DNA from: an uncultured virus (IMG/VR IMGVR_UViG_3300005977_000003)
Taxonomy: Adnaviria > Zilligvirae > Taleaviricota > Tokiviricetes > Ligamenvirales
Virus record (IMG/VR): IMGVR_UViG_3300005977_000003
Direction: 5' to 3' (one strand)
DNA length: 57,166 bases
A program made the translations under genes and the position numbers. Under the pieces are notes generated by a model. It was not told the DNA's origin and made no database searches. It was given only the letters and a program-made list of their open reading frames with translations. This document shows positions 10,142 to 20,285 of the stretch, piece after piece (positions within the stretch are counted from its first letter, which is position 1; the number at the start of each line of letters is the position of its first letter).

Positions 10142-11067
10142 GGAGATTGAAGTTTGAGGTTGGTATTGAAAACGGAGGTAAGTTTTTTAGAAAGGTAGTG
10201 GATGATATACAATCCGTAATAAACAGGTATAATGGTATTGCAAATCTTTTTTATAACCCCTACAAATTCTCTAGCCAAATTAACTACTTCATCTTTGACT
10301 TGGATGGTGTTACTAGTTATGAGGACAACAACGCCCTTTGTGAGTACTTTAGTGATTTTCAACACGTACACGTTTTTAGTGGAAGGAAGGGTTTTCACTT
10401 CTATCTGAAGATAAAGCCGATCCCATTGAATGAAATGACAAAACTGTATTTTATGGGATTTATAAACTACATACGAGATGAATTACAGTTAAAAAGTTGG
10501 GACTACAACACCAGCATAAGGTTGGCTACGGGTAATGGACTGATACGTATACCAAACACAATTCACTTAAACGGAAGGTATTGCACCTACGTGCCGTGTC
10601 ATGCCGATTTCAACACTATACTTAAGGACAGTGAACATCCGAATCCTCTCATCATCCATCACGGCAAGGAGTACGACATAACCATTTATGTAGATTACAG
10701 TAGGAAGGTTAAGGACGTGTCCTTTGAGGTTACTAGTTACAAGATTGACGATGTGGAGTTAAGTACGGTTAGTGAGATTGTACGACCTTGTGTTTTTAGA
10801 CAGGCGTACACTAAGAAACCTGATCACTTTATAAGGACGCAGTTTGCCCTTGAGTTAATCTACCTTGGTTACGATGTTGAGAGTGTTGTCAACATTTTGA
10901 GGAAGATGGGATGGGAGAATTTCGACTACAATATAAGTAAATACCACGTCATCAAGTTGTATGAAAAGGTGAAGCAGAAGAAGCTATTCCCAGCCTCCTG
11001 TTCCGTGTTGAAGCAGAGGGGAATAGGTTGTAATACTTGTGAATACCACAATTGGTGGTATGACTGA
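10138..11067 (+). CDS. priS: archaeo-eukaryotic primase, PriS domain fused to a PriL-like Cys-rich C-terminal domain
   Basis: FDLD, FSGRKGFHFY, RIPNTIH; C-terminal RPC...SC..L...GC..C. Confidence 0.85.
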   Translation: MRRLKFEVGIENGGKFFRKVVDDIQSVINRYNGIANLFYNPYKFSSQINYFIFDLDGVTSYEDNNALCEYFSDFQHVHVFSGRKGFHFYLKIKPIPLNEMTKLYFMGFINYIRDELQLKSWDYNTSIRLATGNGLIRIPNTIHLNGRYCTYVPCHADFNTILKDSEHPNPLIIHHGKEYDITIYVDYSRKVKDVSFEVTSYKIDDVELSTVSEIVRPCVFRQAYTKKPDHFIRTQFALELIYLGYDVESVVNILRKMGWENFDYNISKYHVIKLYEKVKQKKLFPASCSVLKQRGIGCNTCEYHNWWYD

Positions 11068-11131
11068 ATAATTCCATAGTTTTTGGGTAGAAAACACAGA
11101 CTTTTTATATTAGTGTCGCCCTTTTTACTCA

Positions 11132-11299
11132 ATGTATGAAGAAAAAAGTTTAGAAAAAACGAAGGATCTATGGGTTCTGACGGTGTCCCTACCGTCAGAA
11201 TGGAGGGCAAGAGTGGATAGAAGTATGAAAGAGAAGGGATACAGGACGTACGCAGAGTACATACGGGACTTGGTGAGAAGGGACTTAGGTGAGGACTGA
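11132..11299 (+). CDS. ribbon-helix-helix regulator, 55 aa (not in ORF track)
   Basis: Manual translation MYEEKSLEKTKDLWVLTVSLPSEWRARVDRSMKEKGYRTYAEYIRDLVRRDLGED; TTTTTATAT box at 11102-11110; stop overlaps the queD start. Confidence 0.75.
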   Translation: MYEEKSLEKTKDLWVLTVSLPSEWRARVDRSMKEKGYRTYAEYIRDLVRRDLGED

Positions 11300-11709
11300 T
11301 GACGCAAAGAATACTAGAGATTTGTAAAGATTACAGGGCTAGTATGGCACATAGGATAGCGTTGGCATACGACACTAAATGCCGTAATCTACATGGGCAT
11401 AACTACTTGATAACAATCTGTATCACAGCCGATATTACTGAATTACCGGAGGTAGGTTATTATATGGACTTTATGGAGTTGGACGAGTACGTGAAACCGG
11501 TGATTGATGGGATTGATCACAAGTCGTTAAACGATTACGTTGGGGATAACGCATCGGCAGAAAGACTTGCCATGTACCTTGAATCTGCCATACCCTTTGG
11601 TGAGATAATAAAGAAGGTGAACAGTAGGAAGGCTAAAGTACAGTCCTACTCCATAAAGGTGGAAGAAAACGATAAATCCAGAATAAACTACAACGTAGTG
11701 GTGGAATAG
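11299..11709 (+). CDS. queD: 6-carboxy-tetrahydropterin synthase
   Basis: AHR, CRNLHGHNY, MDF, DHKSLN, SAERLA. Confidence 0.93.
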   Translation: MTQRILEICKDYRASMAHRIALAYDTKCRNLHGHNYLITICITADITELPEVGYYMDFMELDEYVKPVIDGIDHKSLNDYVGDNASAERLAMYLESAIPFGEIIKKVNSRKAKVQSYSIKVEENDKSRINYNVVVE

Positions 11710-11711
11710 TC

Positions 11712-12395
11712 ATGCCGTCAACTAATGCGTTACCAGTCAACGAGGTGTTTACTAGTATTAACGGCGAGCCACCGTTGTGGGGTTACCCATCAACCTTCCT
11801 CAGATTCTACGGCTGTAACTTAAGGTGCGTTTGGTGTGACACTAAGTACAGCTACGATACGGGTGACTATACTTTACGAGATATTGACAGTATAGCAAAG
11901 TGGGTGGCTGATGTAAGCAAACAGAAGGGAATTAGAGTACTTGTGATAACGGGTGGGGAGCCTACGATGTACATAACACAAGTTTATTCATTGTACAAAA
12001 AGTTGTACAATAGATTCGAGGCGTTTGTGATAGAGACGAATGGCACGGTTAGAATACCCGATGAGATACAGAAGGCATTGAACAGTGATCACTCCAAGGT
12101 TTACTGGGCTGTCTCTCCAAAGCTGAGGAGTTCAGGGGTGAATTACAGGTATGCCAATAACGAGTATAGCCCAGATAGGACGATATTTAAGTTCGTAACG
12201 AGTAAGCTACCGGAAGACCTAGATGAGATATTGCAGGACTACGCCATGTTGTTGAGGGATTACCCCGTTTACGTAACCACAAGCGACCTCAACATGTTTA
12301 CGAGGTTGTTTGACCTGGTAAGTCAAAGGTATACAATGTTCAAGGCATACTTACAGATACACGTGGTGGCACATGGCAGAGAAAGGGGCTATTGA
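11712..12395 (+). CDS. queE: 7-carboxy-7-deazaguanine synthase (radical SAM)
   Basis: EVFTSINGE, CNLRCVWCDT, TGGEP, IETNG, VSPK. Confidence 0.93.
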   Translation: MPSTNALPVNEVFTSINGEPPLWGYPSTFLRFYGCNLRCVWCDTKYSYDTGDYTLRDIDSIAKWVADVSKQKGIRVLVITGGEPTMYITQVYSLYKKLYNRFEAFVIETNGTVRIPDEIQKALNSDHSKVYWAVSPKLRSSGVNYRYANNEYSPDRTIFKFVTSKLPEDLDEILQDYAMLLRDYPVYVTTSDLNMFTRLFDLVSQRYTMFKAYLQIHVVAHGRERGY

Positions 12396-12855
12396 CGTAT
12401 TTAAAAACGTAGATCTAAGCGACCCACACTTCAGCAGGACACCATTGAGGATGCAGAGGTGGCTGGAGGAGTATACTACCCTCATCCCGTTGGAGGAGAT
12501 AAAGGAGAAGTACTGTGTAACCTTCCCAAGCAACCATCAAGGAGAGGTTAAGATTGTAGTTAAAGATACATACATGTTATGCCCACACCACTTCCTTCCA
12601 GTGGATATGAAGATAGAGATCGTGTACGTACCCAACGGAAGGATACTGGGCATGTCGAAGTTCAGTAGAATAGCAAGGGACTTAGCCAGGTATCCCAGAG
12701 TACAGGAGGAATACACTAGCTTACTTTACGAGATACTCCATTCCTGTCTTCAACCAAAACGGCTAAGTGTTGAGGTTACTGGTAAACACTACTGTGTGTT
12801 AATGAGAGGAATACGAAACAACAGTGTTATGGTTACAAGGAGGTGTAGTCAGTGA
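12373..12855 (+). CDS. folE: GTP cyclohydrolase I
   Basis: TPLR, CPHHFLP, GMSKFSR, VQEE, HYCVLMRG. Confidence 0.9.
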   Translation: MAEKGAIDVFKNVDLSDPHFSRTPLRMQRWLEEYTTLIPLEEIKEKYCVTFPSNHQGEVKIVVKDTYMLCPHHFLPVDMKIEIVYVPNGRILGMSKFSRIARDLARYPRVQEEYTSLLYEILHSCLQPKRLSVEVTGKHYCVLMRGIRNNSVMVTRRCSQ

Positions 12856-13844
12856 ATCTGTACTTCTTTCCAGCTATTACGGGTAGTTACTTAGCGGTAC
12901 TACACAGTTTGCCAAAGGAGATGATTTACTGGTGCGACGAATCACCGATAGGATACAAGAAGGTAATGTTATCCTATGGATCTGCGAAACAAACTAAGGC
13001 AAAGTTAAGGAAGGAATTGTTGAAGGACTGTAACGCCTTTGTCTTCGTTGATAGTGGTGGGTTGCAAACCTTTACCATAGGCTTATCCGTGAATATCAAT
13101 GAGCTGATTGACTTTCAGAACGAGTATGCGGACTGGGCTTTAAGTTTGGACTACGCACCTGCAGGAGTTAACGACACCATGGAGTCTGTTAGCCTGGAGA
13201 AGATTGAGGATTACGCCAAGATGACTGGTGAAAATAACAAGATTATGTTGGATAAGGTGGATAAGCCACTGTGGGGTATCCTACACGGTGATACTTTAGA
13301 ACAGATTGAAATTTGGTACAAGTACGCAATAAGGGATTACGTTGATGACCTTGAGGGTGTGGCAATAGCCTTTAGACCGACTACAAACTACGCCACCATG
13401 GTTAGGCAAATGTTATACCTTTACCAAAACGGTGTTAAAAAGATACACTTGCTTGGTGCTGGTAATGAGGGTGCGATGCTAATTAGTGCGGCCTTACTGA
13501 AGAGGAATTACTTTGAGCTGATAAGTATGGATAGTAGCAAGTACAGCATGGCGGCGGCATACGGAAGGTTTTACACACAGAATTCGGCTATTTACATTGG
13601 CAAGAGGTATTCATCTGAGGTTAGGTGCCATTGCCCAGTCTGTACTAGGTTTAATTTTACGAAGGACGTTTACATAGACATCAACTGGTATGTAAAGCTA
13701 ACACTACACAACCTGTGGAGGTTACTGGATTTCTACGACCACGTTTACAACCTGTACAGTTCGAACTTAATTGACGTGGCGTTGAAGGATAAGGGGCTTT
13801 ACGATTACGTGTCGTACATGGAGAACGTGGAGGGTTGGTTATGA
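12852..13844 (+). CDS. dpdA: TGT-family transglycosylase, probable DNA 7-deazaguanine insertase
   Basis: DSGG, SLD, HG, IHLLG, SMDS, CHCPVC...HN zinc site; lies between folE and polB. Confidence 0.8.
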   Translation: MNLYFFPAITGSYLAVLHSLPKEMIYWCDESPIGYKKVMLSYGSAKQTKAKLRKELLKDCNAFVFVDSGGLQTFTIGLSVNINELIDFQNEYADWALSLDYAPAGVNDTMESVSLEKIEDYAKMTGENNKIMLDKVDKPLWGILHGDTLEQIEIWYKYAIRDYVDDLEGVAIAFRPTTNYATMVRQMLYLYQNGVKKIHLLGAGNEGAMLISAALLKRNYFELISMDSSKYSMAAAYGRFYTQNSAIYIGKRYSSEVRCHCPVCTRFNFTKDVYIDINWYVKLTLHNLWRLLDFYDHVYNLYSSNLIDVALKDKGLYDYVSYMENVEGWL

Positions 13845-16021
13845 CGGTTGGTTTGTACATAACTAGCCGTGTTGTAAACGAGAGAGATATAGGCATCTGG
13901 TGGAGGACGGAAAGCGGTAAAAAGTACAAAGTTTACCAGTACAGACCATTCTTCTACGTACCGTCAAAACTTGGGGTGTACAGGAGTGTGTTTGGTGAGC
14001 CGTTGGATAGGGTTTACGTCAACACTCCCATTGATGTAAGGACTGCTAGGGAGAAGTATGAGAGGCATTACGAGGCTGATATACCCTACGTGAGAAGGTA
14101 CCTCATAGACAAGGATATACAGGAATGCCATGACATTGACACACTTGAGGCAAAACCCTGTACGATTAAGCCCGTTGTTGCCTATATTGACATTGAGGTG
14201 GATAATGAGAACGGTGAATTACCCTCTGAGGAAAACCCCATATACAAGATTGTTGCTGTGACAGTACACATACAGGGTAATTATCACGCCTATTACCTGA
14301 ATGATGTAGCAAAGGAAAGGACTGGTTACTACAAGCTAACTGCAAACGACAAGGAGTACGTTTTGTACCTCCACGCCCGTAGCTTCACTAACGAAAAGGA
14401 CTTGATACAGGAGGTTTACAACCTGATAAAGGATGTGGATATTGTTACGGCGTGGAATGTTAGTTTTGACATGAGGTACCTTTACGCCAGGGCAAAACAC
14501 CTCAACGTGAAGTTTACTTACAACGGATGGTTGGAGTTGGATTTACTCTCCGGTTATAAGGAGTTTGTTAGGGCGAGGAGTTATAAGTTGAAGGAGGTAA
14601 CTGTTGCGGAGGGATTGGAGAAGAAGGAGGAGGCAGTGGAGTTTGTGAAGGTTAACAAAAATCCCAACGAGATAATACGTTACAACATTCGTGATGTATG
14701 GAGGATTGTGATGATAGATAAAAAGTACTCAATTGTTGATTACTACCAGGCTTTGAAGAACGTAGTTGGTGTGGAGGACTTCTCATTCCAGTATTACACG
14801 AGTATTGTGATTGACACTTTACTACTTAGGTTGGCAAAGGGAGAGGGTGTGGTGTTGCCAACTAGCGTCGATAGGGATGAAAACCCCATTAGGGGTGCAA
14901 TTGTGTTAAACCCACCATCGGGAAGGTATGAGAACGTTGCCGTCCTAGATATGTCGAGGTATTACCCATCCATTATCATTAGTTTCAACGTATCTCCAGA
15001 GACAAAGTTAAAGCGTATTACTGATGAGATATGGGCTTTTATGCAGGATAAGATGGGGTTAATGCCCAAGTTAGCTATGATTCTACTGAAGAGGAGGGAG
15101 GAGGTGGAGGATGAGATGAAGAAGTACCCTGGCGATAGTGAGGAGTATAAAACTTTGGAGAAGAAGGTGATGGCCTTAAAATACATAATAAACTCAACCT
15201 ACGGTTACATGGGTCATCCACAGGCTAGGTTTTACGACAGGGATTGTGCAAGTACGATAACGGCGTTGGCTAGGGAGGGTATACAGTACGTTATTGAACA
15301 GTCCAAACGTTACGGGCATAAAACGTTGTACGGTGACACAGACAGCGTATTCATACAAGTGCCCTTCGAAAAGGCGGAGGAATTGTCCAAGCAGTTGACG
15401 AATGATTTACGTCGCTACTTCATGGAGAAGTACTCGTTGAAGTCCGAACCTACCTTAAGCCTAAAGTTTGAGAAGTACTTAGGGGCAGTCTATTTCACTG
15501 GTGTGAAGAAGAGGTATGCGGCTAAGGTTGTGTGGAAGAAGGGAAAACAGGTTAATGAGATTGACATTAAGGGATTTGAGGCGATAAGGACTGACTCCTC
15601 CAAGATTACTCAGGAGTTGGAGGAGAAGGTGTTTGAGTTGTTACTTGAGGGAAGACCTATGACTGAGGTAATACAGGTTAAGAATGACTTCATACGAAAG
15701 ATAAAGGAGTTACCCTTGGAGGATGTGGCTTTGTATAGGGGTATTACGAGGAGAATTGACGAGTACAAAACCCTTCCACCACACGTTAGAGCGGCTGTCC
15801 TGGCTAACAAATACTTTAACAAAAACTACGGTTATGGTAGTAGGATAAGGTACGTTTGGTGTAAGGGTTACGAAAACGGAATCTCGGCTGATGTGTGTGT
15901 TGTTGATGACGGGTTACCAAAGCCTATTGTGGATTGGAAGAGGCAGATTGAGGCGGTCATTGAAGGACCATTCAAGAATTTGGGAATAACAAACGGTATC
16001 ACACTGGAGTTGTGGGAGTAA
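13835..16021 (+). CDS. polB: family B DNA polymerase with 3'-5' exonuclease
   Basis: DIEV, WNVSFD, YNIRD exonuclease motifs; DMSRYYPS, KYIINSTYG, YGDTDS, KKRY. Confidence 0.97.
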   Translation: MVMTVGLYITSRVVNERDIGIWWRTESGKKYKVYQYRPFFYVPSKLGVYRSVFGEPLDRVYVNTPIDVRTAREKYERHYEADIPYVRRYLIDKDIQECHDIDTLEAKPCTIKPVVAYIDIEVDNENGELPSEENPIYKIVAVTVHIQGNYHAYYLNDVAKERTGYYKLTANDKEYVLYLHARSFTNEKDLIQEVYNLIKDVDIVTAWNVSFDMRYLYARAKHLNVKFTYNGWLELDLLSGYKEFVRARSYKLKEVTVAEGLEKKEEAVEFVKVNKNPNEIIRYNIRDVWRIVMIDKKYSIVDYYQALKNVVGVEDFSFQYYTSIVIDTLLLRLAKGEGVVLPTSVDRDENPIRGAIVLNPPSGRYENVAVLDMSRYYPSIIISFNVSPETKLKRITDEIWAFMQDKMGLMPKLAMILLKRREEVEDEMKKYPGDSEEYKTLEKKVMALKYIINSTYGYMGHPQARFYDRDCASTITALAREGIQYVIEQSKRYGHKTLYGDTDSVFIQVPFEKAEELSKQLTNDLRRYFMEKYSLKSEPTLSLKFEKYLGAVYFTGVKKRYAAKVVWKKGKQVNEIDIKGFEAIRTDSSKITQELEEKVFELLLEGRPMTEVIQVKNDFIRKIKELPLEDVALYRGITRRIDEYKTLPPHVRAAVLANKYFNKNYGYGSRIRYVWCKGYENGISADVCVVDDGLPKPIVDWKRQIEAVIEGPFKNLGITNGITLELWE

Positions 16022-16953
16022 TGTTGTCGGAGAAGTACCGTCCAAAAACGTTGGATGAGATTGTTGGACAAGAGGAGATAGTTGCGGCATTGAAGGAGTT
16101 CATTAGGAGAAAGGACTTTCCACACCTCATGTTTGTAGGTCCTCCAGGTTTAGGAAAGACAAGTACTGCCTATGCATTCGCACACGACGCTGGTATACCA
16201 ATTATAGAGTTCAACGCCAGTGACGACAGGACACTGGAGTTCATAAGGGAGAGGATAAAGCCAATAGCCATGAACGTGGAGGAGAAGATTATACTACTGG
16301 ACGAGTTTGACGCAATGACACAGAATGCCCAGTTTGCATTAAGGAGGATTATGGAGGAGACGAAGAGTACGCACTTCATACTTACTGGCAACAATGAGAG
16401 TAACATTATAGACGCAATAAAAAGTAGGTGCTCGTTGTTTAGGTTTAAGCCCATACCAAAGGACGAACTTACAAGGATGATCGTTAGGGTGCTTAAGGAG
16501 GAGAACGTGAAGTTCAAGAGTAAGGAAGAGGTACAACAGGTTATTAATGGTATTGTGGAGTTGAGTGAGGGTGATCTGAGGAGGACAATGAACTTACTTG
16601 AACAGAGTATCATTGGTGGTAACATTAGTCTTAACTACCTTAAGTTACTCGTATCACCCAACCTAATGAACTCCGTGTTACAGTTGGCAATGAAGGGAGA
16701 TCTGAATGAGGCTTTAAAGCAATTGGAGGATGTGTACACAAACTTGGGGTTGGACTACAACTTAGCCTTTAGAAAGATTTACCAAAGTATCTCAAAACTT
16801 GATATGAGGTATCGTGCCGTTTGCCTTATGGAGCTGGCTAGGGCTGAGCAGGCTGTGAAGGAGGGGGCAAACCCGTTAATACAGTTAAGTAGTGTTGTCG
16901 CTAGGTTATTCTACGAGGTGGTAACCAGTGAGGGTAAGCCCAACAACTCTTAA
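16012..16953 (+). CDS. rfcS: replication factor C small subunit (clamp loader)
   Basis: EKYRP, GPPGLGKT, NASDDR, LDEFD, SRC, GDLRR. Confidence 0.95.
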   Translation: MGVMLSEKYRPKTLDEIVGQEEIVAALKEFIRRKDFPHLMFVGPPGLGKTSTAYAFAHDAGIPIIEFNASDDRTLEFIRERIKPIAMNVEEKIILLDEFDAMTQNAQFALRRIMEETKSTHFILTGNNESNIIDAIKSRCSLFRFKPIPKDELTRMIVRVLKEENVKFKSKEEVQQVINGIVELSEGDLRRTMNLLEQSIIGGNISLNYLKLLVSPNLMNSVLQLAMKGDLNEALKQLEDVYTNLGLDYNLAFRKIYQSISKLDMRYRAVCLMELARAEQAVKEGANPLIQLSSVVARLFYEVVTSEGKPNNS

Positions 16954-17593
16954 CATGTACTTCGAATGCCCAAGAATGGCTTACTACAAGATAATGGGCT
17001 TTAAGGAGATTGCCCCATACTACAAGGAGAGTCTAGAGAGGGGTACGATTACACACAAGATTATTGAGGAATTTTACAAGGGTGATGTGGAGGGTTATAC
17101 GCTTACTGAGATTAAGTTAAGGTTGTCACAAATTTACCACACCATCTCGAGTATACACAGTGAACAGATCGAGAACTCCTTGCTTAACTTTGCCAAGTTT
17201 GAGGTTTGGAGGAAGGAGAGAATGTACAGGTTTGTTGCCTCGGAGAAGAAGATTACGAAGGAGTATAAGGGTGTTACGATAGTTGGTGTAATTGACCTGT
17301 TGTTGAAGGCTGGGGATAAGTATGTTATCGTTGACTGGAAGACTGGTTACAATGGTTACGTGACTGAGGACATCTTACGCCAGTTGTCGATTTACTCGTG
17401 GATGGTAAATGCGGACAAGGCTTACGTTGTCTTCCTGGACTGGGGCAATTGGGAGGAGGTGGAACCTTTCGACGTTACTACGGAGATTGAAACGATGATC
17501 AACGACAAGGAGTTTAAGCGTACCTATTCAAAGTGCGATACGTGTGGTTACCAAATAATCTGTTTGGGTGATAGAATTGTCCTCCACATCTAA
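16928..17593 (+). CDS. Cas4/RecB-like PD-(D/E)XK nuclease
   Basis: SPT..YFECP, GTITH, GVID, VDWKTG, QLSIY, C-terminal CDTCGYQIIC. Confidence 0.85.
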   Translation: MRVSPTTLNMYFECPRMAYYKIMGFKEIAPYYKESLERGTITHKIIEEFYKGDVEGYTLTEIKLRLSQIYHTISSIHSEQIENSLLNFAKFEVWRKERMYRFVASEKKITKEYKGVTIVGVIDLLLKAGDKYVIVDWKTGYNGYVTEDILRQLSIYSWMVNADKAYVVFLDWGNWEEVEPFDVTTEIETMINDKEFKRTYSKCDTCGYQIICLGDRIVLHI

Positions 17594-18284
17594 ACCAAAG
17601 GATACAACGTTTAGGCCCAGGGCAATAGACAGGATAAAGCAGGAGTTGGCAAACGAAAACGTAATACAGGTTGTTGGGCATACTGGCAGTGGGAAGACTT
17701 ACTCGATAAGGAAGGCTTGTGAGGAGTTGGGTTACGTTTGTATTACACTGGATAGGTACGAGGACTATCCAAAACTAGATTTTGACGGCAACAAGGTTGT
17801 GTTACACTTGGATCACCCATCATACTGGTATGATGGGACTGATAAACCCTTTAAGGAGAGGGGATTGGTGGTTATCGAGGAGGATAGACCAAGGTATTCC
17901 GTGCAGACGATATGGGTTGATACACCACCCTTGTCATTCTTTGAGGCTAGAGGAGTGAAGGTTAGGAATTGGTGGAAGATTGTGGTTGGAGGGCAGGCCG
18001 TTTCCGACGTTAGCTACAAAACGTTGTTGATACAGGCGTTTAACACTGGCGTGTTTGACAACGTGGATAAGGACGAGTTATATACCTTGTGGGATACGGG
18101 CATACGTAACTATTACGGGCTACAGTTGTTGAGGTTTGTGCAGTTAATGACGGTGGCTGACAGGTTTACTGATTTCAGATTTCTTAACGGTTTGAAGCTT
18201 GTGAAAAAGATAAATGAGGTAGATAACACCTTCCTGTACAGATTGAGGGAGATAAGGAACGAAAAGGATAGACCTGGAACCTAA
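17568..18284 (+). CDS. P-loop ATPase, possibly a degenerate RFC large subunit
   Basis: GHTGSGKT...ACEELGY; near rfcS. Confidence 0.5.
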   Translation: MIELSSTSKPKDTTFRPRAIDRIKQELANENVIQVVGHTGSGKTYSIRKACEELGYVCITLDRYEDYPKLDFDGNKVVLHLDHPSYWYDGTDKPFKERGLVVIEEDRPRYSVQTIWVDTPPLSFFEARGVKVRNWWKIVVGGQAVSDVSYKTLLIQAFNTGVFDNVDKDELYTLWDTGIRNYYGLQLLRFVQLMTVADRFTDFRFLNGLKLVKKINEVDNTFLYRLREIRNEKDRPGT

Positions 18285-18313
18285 TCTTTATTAACCTTAA
18301 ATCTAAGTATTAA

Positions 18314-18703
18314 GTGGAGAACATGCCAGGCGGTAGAGCTAGATCTGATCCACAAAAAGCTACGCAGAAGTGGGAAACCAACACCTTAGCCGCGGCAAAC
18401 ATCTGGAGCACTAACGTTAAGAAATACGCTAATAATTATGTTGCTGGTTTATCAGACTTCTTCGGGCAGGCTGTATCCGAAAACAATGTTCATGTTACTA
18501 ACTACAAAAACTTTGCAAATAACCCCGATTCCTACAAGAAAGCATTTGAAGATGGTGTACAAAATGCGGCCGCACAGAACAGGTGGTACACAAAGTTCAG
18601 CCAGGCTTTCGGTATCGGTACCGGTACGGCTGGTGGTGGAGGACCACCAACTGGTCCCACGTCAGGATCAGTGAGGGTCTACAGATTTGGTCCCAGATAT
18701 TAA
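18314..18703 (+). CDS. alpha-helical putative virion nucleoprotein
   Basis: 129 aa, A/N-rich with periodic W/Y; own TTTATTAA box upstream and T-rich tract downstream. Confidence 0.4.
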   Translation: MENMPGGRARSDPQKATQKWETNTLAAANIWSTNVKKYANNYVAGLSDFFGQAVSENNVHVTNYKNFANNPDSYKKAFEDGVQNAAAQNRWYTKFSQAFGIGTGTAGGGGPPTGPTSGSVRVYRFGPRY

Positions 18704-18705
18704 TT

Positions 18706-18751
18706 TTAATACAATTTTTGAGAATCTTTTTCTTCTTTCTGTTCTTTTCTT
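18706..18751 (+). terminator. oligo-T terminator region between convergent genes
   Basis: Multiple T-runs after the stop at 18703. Confidence 0.45.
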
Positions 18752-18767
18752 GATCTATTAAGTGATT

Positions 18768-20210
18768 TCAACCTTGTAAACTTGTCGAGTACTCGGTCTC
18801 TAACCACCAGTTAAGTACGTTGAAGGTTGGCATACCCCAACCTATCTCGTTACTTTTAACCTCAAGGCATTCACTTGGTAAGCCCTCATCTCCAACTACG
18901 CCATCCCTATCTCTATCACACTTGTCGTTAGCCATGTAGCTCCTCGTAAATCCGCTCTCTTTAGCCCAGCTACACATCATCCTCTTTATCTCAATCGTAG
19001 TCAACTCTTTATCCAAAACCTTTCTGTACACCTCGGCCATCAATACGGCGAAACCAGCCATGTGCGGTGTAGCCATACTAGTACCACTCAATACGTCAAA
19101 CCTGGACGGTAGGTGTTGGTATAGAAGGGTTAGCCAACCAGTTATACCATTTAGTATATTCACGCCAGGCATAACAACATCTGGCTTAACACTGTTGAAG
19201 GTTGTTGGGCCTCTACTACTGAAGGTGGCTAGGTTACCGTTTATCTCGTCCCACGCACCTACAGTCAACGACTGTGGCAAGTCACCCGGTGATGCTATTG
19301 TACCACAACCAGGACCACTGTTCCCTGCGGCAAACACCGGTATGCCCCCACTTTGTGTCACCTTCTCCAGGACTGGGTAGAATGGTGAGTCCGTTGGGTC
19401 GTCACTTTGTGGTGTACCACCCCAACTGTTGCTGTAAACCTTCACACCCTGGTTATAGGCAATCTCGAACGCTGAGATCAAGTCCGAATCCGTACCCGTA
19501 CCAACTATGTAATCCAACCCCTTTATTGCCATCCAACTCGACTTACTTGCTATCCCAGTCACACCTATTGGGAATAGGTTACTCCTCAAGCCCATAAGGG
19601 TTGAGACTGTCTTCCTTCCTGCAATCAATAGGGTACACCAAGTCCCATGCCCAGTAGTGTCAAGGAGACCCCACGGGAATACGCTTGAGTAATGCCCTAA
19701 CCTAAACCCACCCTCTGTAGGCATTTGTAGGTGGCGTAAGGCTAAACCCGTGTCAATAATCGCCACCTTCACTCCTCCTCCCTGGTAACCCAGTTTATTG
19801 AGGGTATCCACACCAATCATTTTAGTCGTGTACACACTTGTGGTAAAGGTGTCACCGTAGGGGTTGTGTAATTCACGTAAACTGTAAGTTTGTGTAACCT
19901 TAGTTGGCATTTGTGGTACGGACGAGAGGATTCTATTCCTACCATTGTAGTAGATTGCAACAACGTTACTGTCCTGTGATAATGCGTCAATCTCCTTTGG
20001 TGTTAACACTGTGGAGAACATACTGAAGGTTGGAATCTTTCTAACGTATGATATTCTGGATAGCCTCAACCCGTTCAAAAGTCCGTTATCGACCTTCATG
20101 TATACCTTCGAGATCTCATCCAGCTTTTCAGGATTGGTTTGTACAATGACTGGTATTGTGTTAACCTTTCCACCAACAAGGTCAATAACCTTTTTTGAAA
20201 TATGTACCAT
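18768..20210 (-). CDS. subtilisin-like S8 serine protease with propeptide
   Basis: IIDTG, GHGT, AAGNSG, SSRGP, GTSMATPH. Confidence 0.95.
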   Translation of the reverse strand: MVHISKKVIDLVGGKVNTIPVIVQTNPEKLDEISKVYMKVDNGLLNGLRLSRISYVRKIPTFSMFSTVLTPKEIDALSQDSNVVAIYYNGRNRILSSVPQMPTKVTQTYSLRELHNPYGDTFTTSVYTTKMIGVDTLNKLGYQGGGVKVAIIDTGLALRHLQMPTEGGFRLGHYSSVFPWGLLDTTGHGTWCTLLIAGRKTVSTLMGLRSNLFPIGVTGIASKSSWMAIKGLDYIVGTGTDSDLISAFEIAYNQGVKVYSNSWGGTPQSDDPTDSPFYPVLEKVTQSGGIPVFAAGNSGPGCGTIASPGDLPQSLTVGAWDEINGNLATFSSRGPTTFNSVKPDVVMPGVNILNGITGWLTLLYQHLPSRFDVLSGTSMATPHMAGFAVLMAEVYRKVLDKELTTIEIKRMMCSWAKESGFTRSYMANDKCDRDRDGVVGDEGLPSECLEVKSNEIGWGMPTFNVLNWWLETEYSTSLQG

Positions 20211-20285
20211 AACACCCCTTTGTTGACTCAGAATAATGACCTTTCCCTTTCGTTAGTTTCTTATTCTTAAAATTCAAAAACATTC

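Noticed and set aside
16928..17593. CRISPR adaptation cas4 locus
   Set aside because: A solo Cas4-like nuclease in a replication cluster is common in archaeal viruses; there is no cas1 or cas2.
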